The notes under the pieces are model-generated. The model saw only the letters and a program-made list of their open reading frames with translations, was not told the DNA's origin and made no database searches. 64,000 nt of DNA from an uncultured Actinomycetota bacterium (GTDB taxonomy: Bacteria; Actinomycetota; Actinomycetes; JACCUZ01): the NCBI GenBank assembly GCA_963794995.1, contig CAWCFV010000002.1, positions 3,021,556-3,085,555 on the forward strand. Direction: 5' to 3'. Position 1 is the stretch's first letter. Every line of letters starts with the position of its first letter. The position numbers were made by a program, and so were the translations under genes. This document shows positions 63,918 through 64,000 of the stretch, piece by piece.

Positions 63918-64000
63918 CGGGGCCTCAGGCCGGTGTGGCCGCGCCCGCCCGCGCCGGCGCGGGGCGCGCCGCGCCGGCCCGGCCGCCGGCGGGAGCGGCA

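Noticed and set aside
60156-64000. Prophage or integrative element
   Set aside because: No integrase, phage or conjugation genes and no att duplication lie within the window.

Overview
High-GC actinomycete (Actinomycetes) chromosomal segment, mostly core genes in the familiar Streptomyces/Mycobacterium order. From left to right: an isobutyryl-CoA-mutase-type large subunit; YbbN; the GlgE alpha-glucan cluster (glgB-mak-treS-glgE / glgP / glgX) directly abutting a reduced MGLP-like cluster (echA17-like, methyltransferase, acyltransferase, GH57); etfBA-iscS-mnmA-ligA-gatCAB; an accessory block (DUF3179-CcdA-TlpA redox operon, peptidase S51, PQQ dehydrogenase, patatin, PAP2, membrane HD-GYP); ilvD, ilvBNC-serA-leuB-ilvE-cimA; gltX; tRNA-Gln(CTG) and tRNA-Glu(CTC); then a three-gene ANTAR cluster. 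The first ~11 kb (and etfA) carry many single-base frameshifts, most likely sequencing errors. No CRISPR array, transposase, integrase or rRNA was seen. The most interesting unannotated signals are: (i) a STAS-ANTAR + GAF-ANTAR + GAF-ANTAR module just 3' of tRNA-Glu; (ii) three tiny leader peptides in the branched-chain amino acid region, including a Thr/Ile-rich attenuator on citramalate synthase and a terminator-less leader plus 37-aa ORF before leuB; (iii) a perfect Rex/CRP-type palindrome over the serA promoter; (iv) a 23-aa hydrophobic peptide gene; (v) long two-tier palindromes with 4x4 internal loops; (vi) an 8-bp tandem repeat in a divergent promoter region. All gene calls rest on motif recognition from memory, not on database searches.
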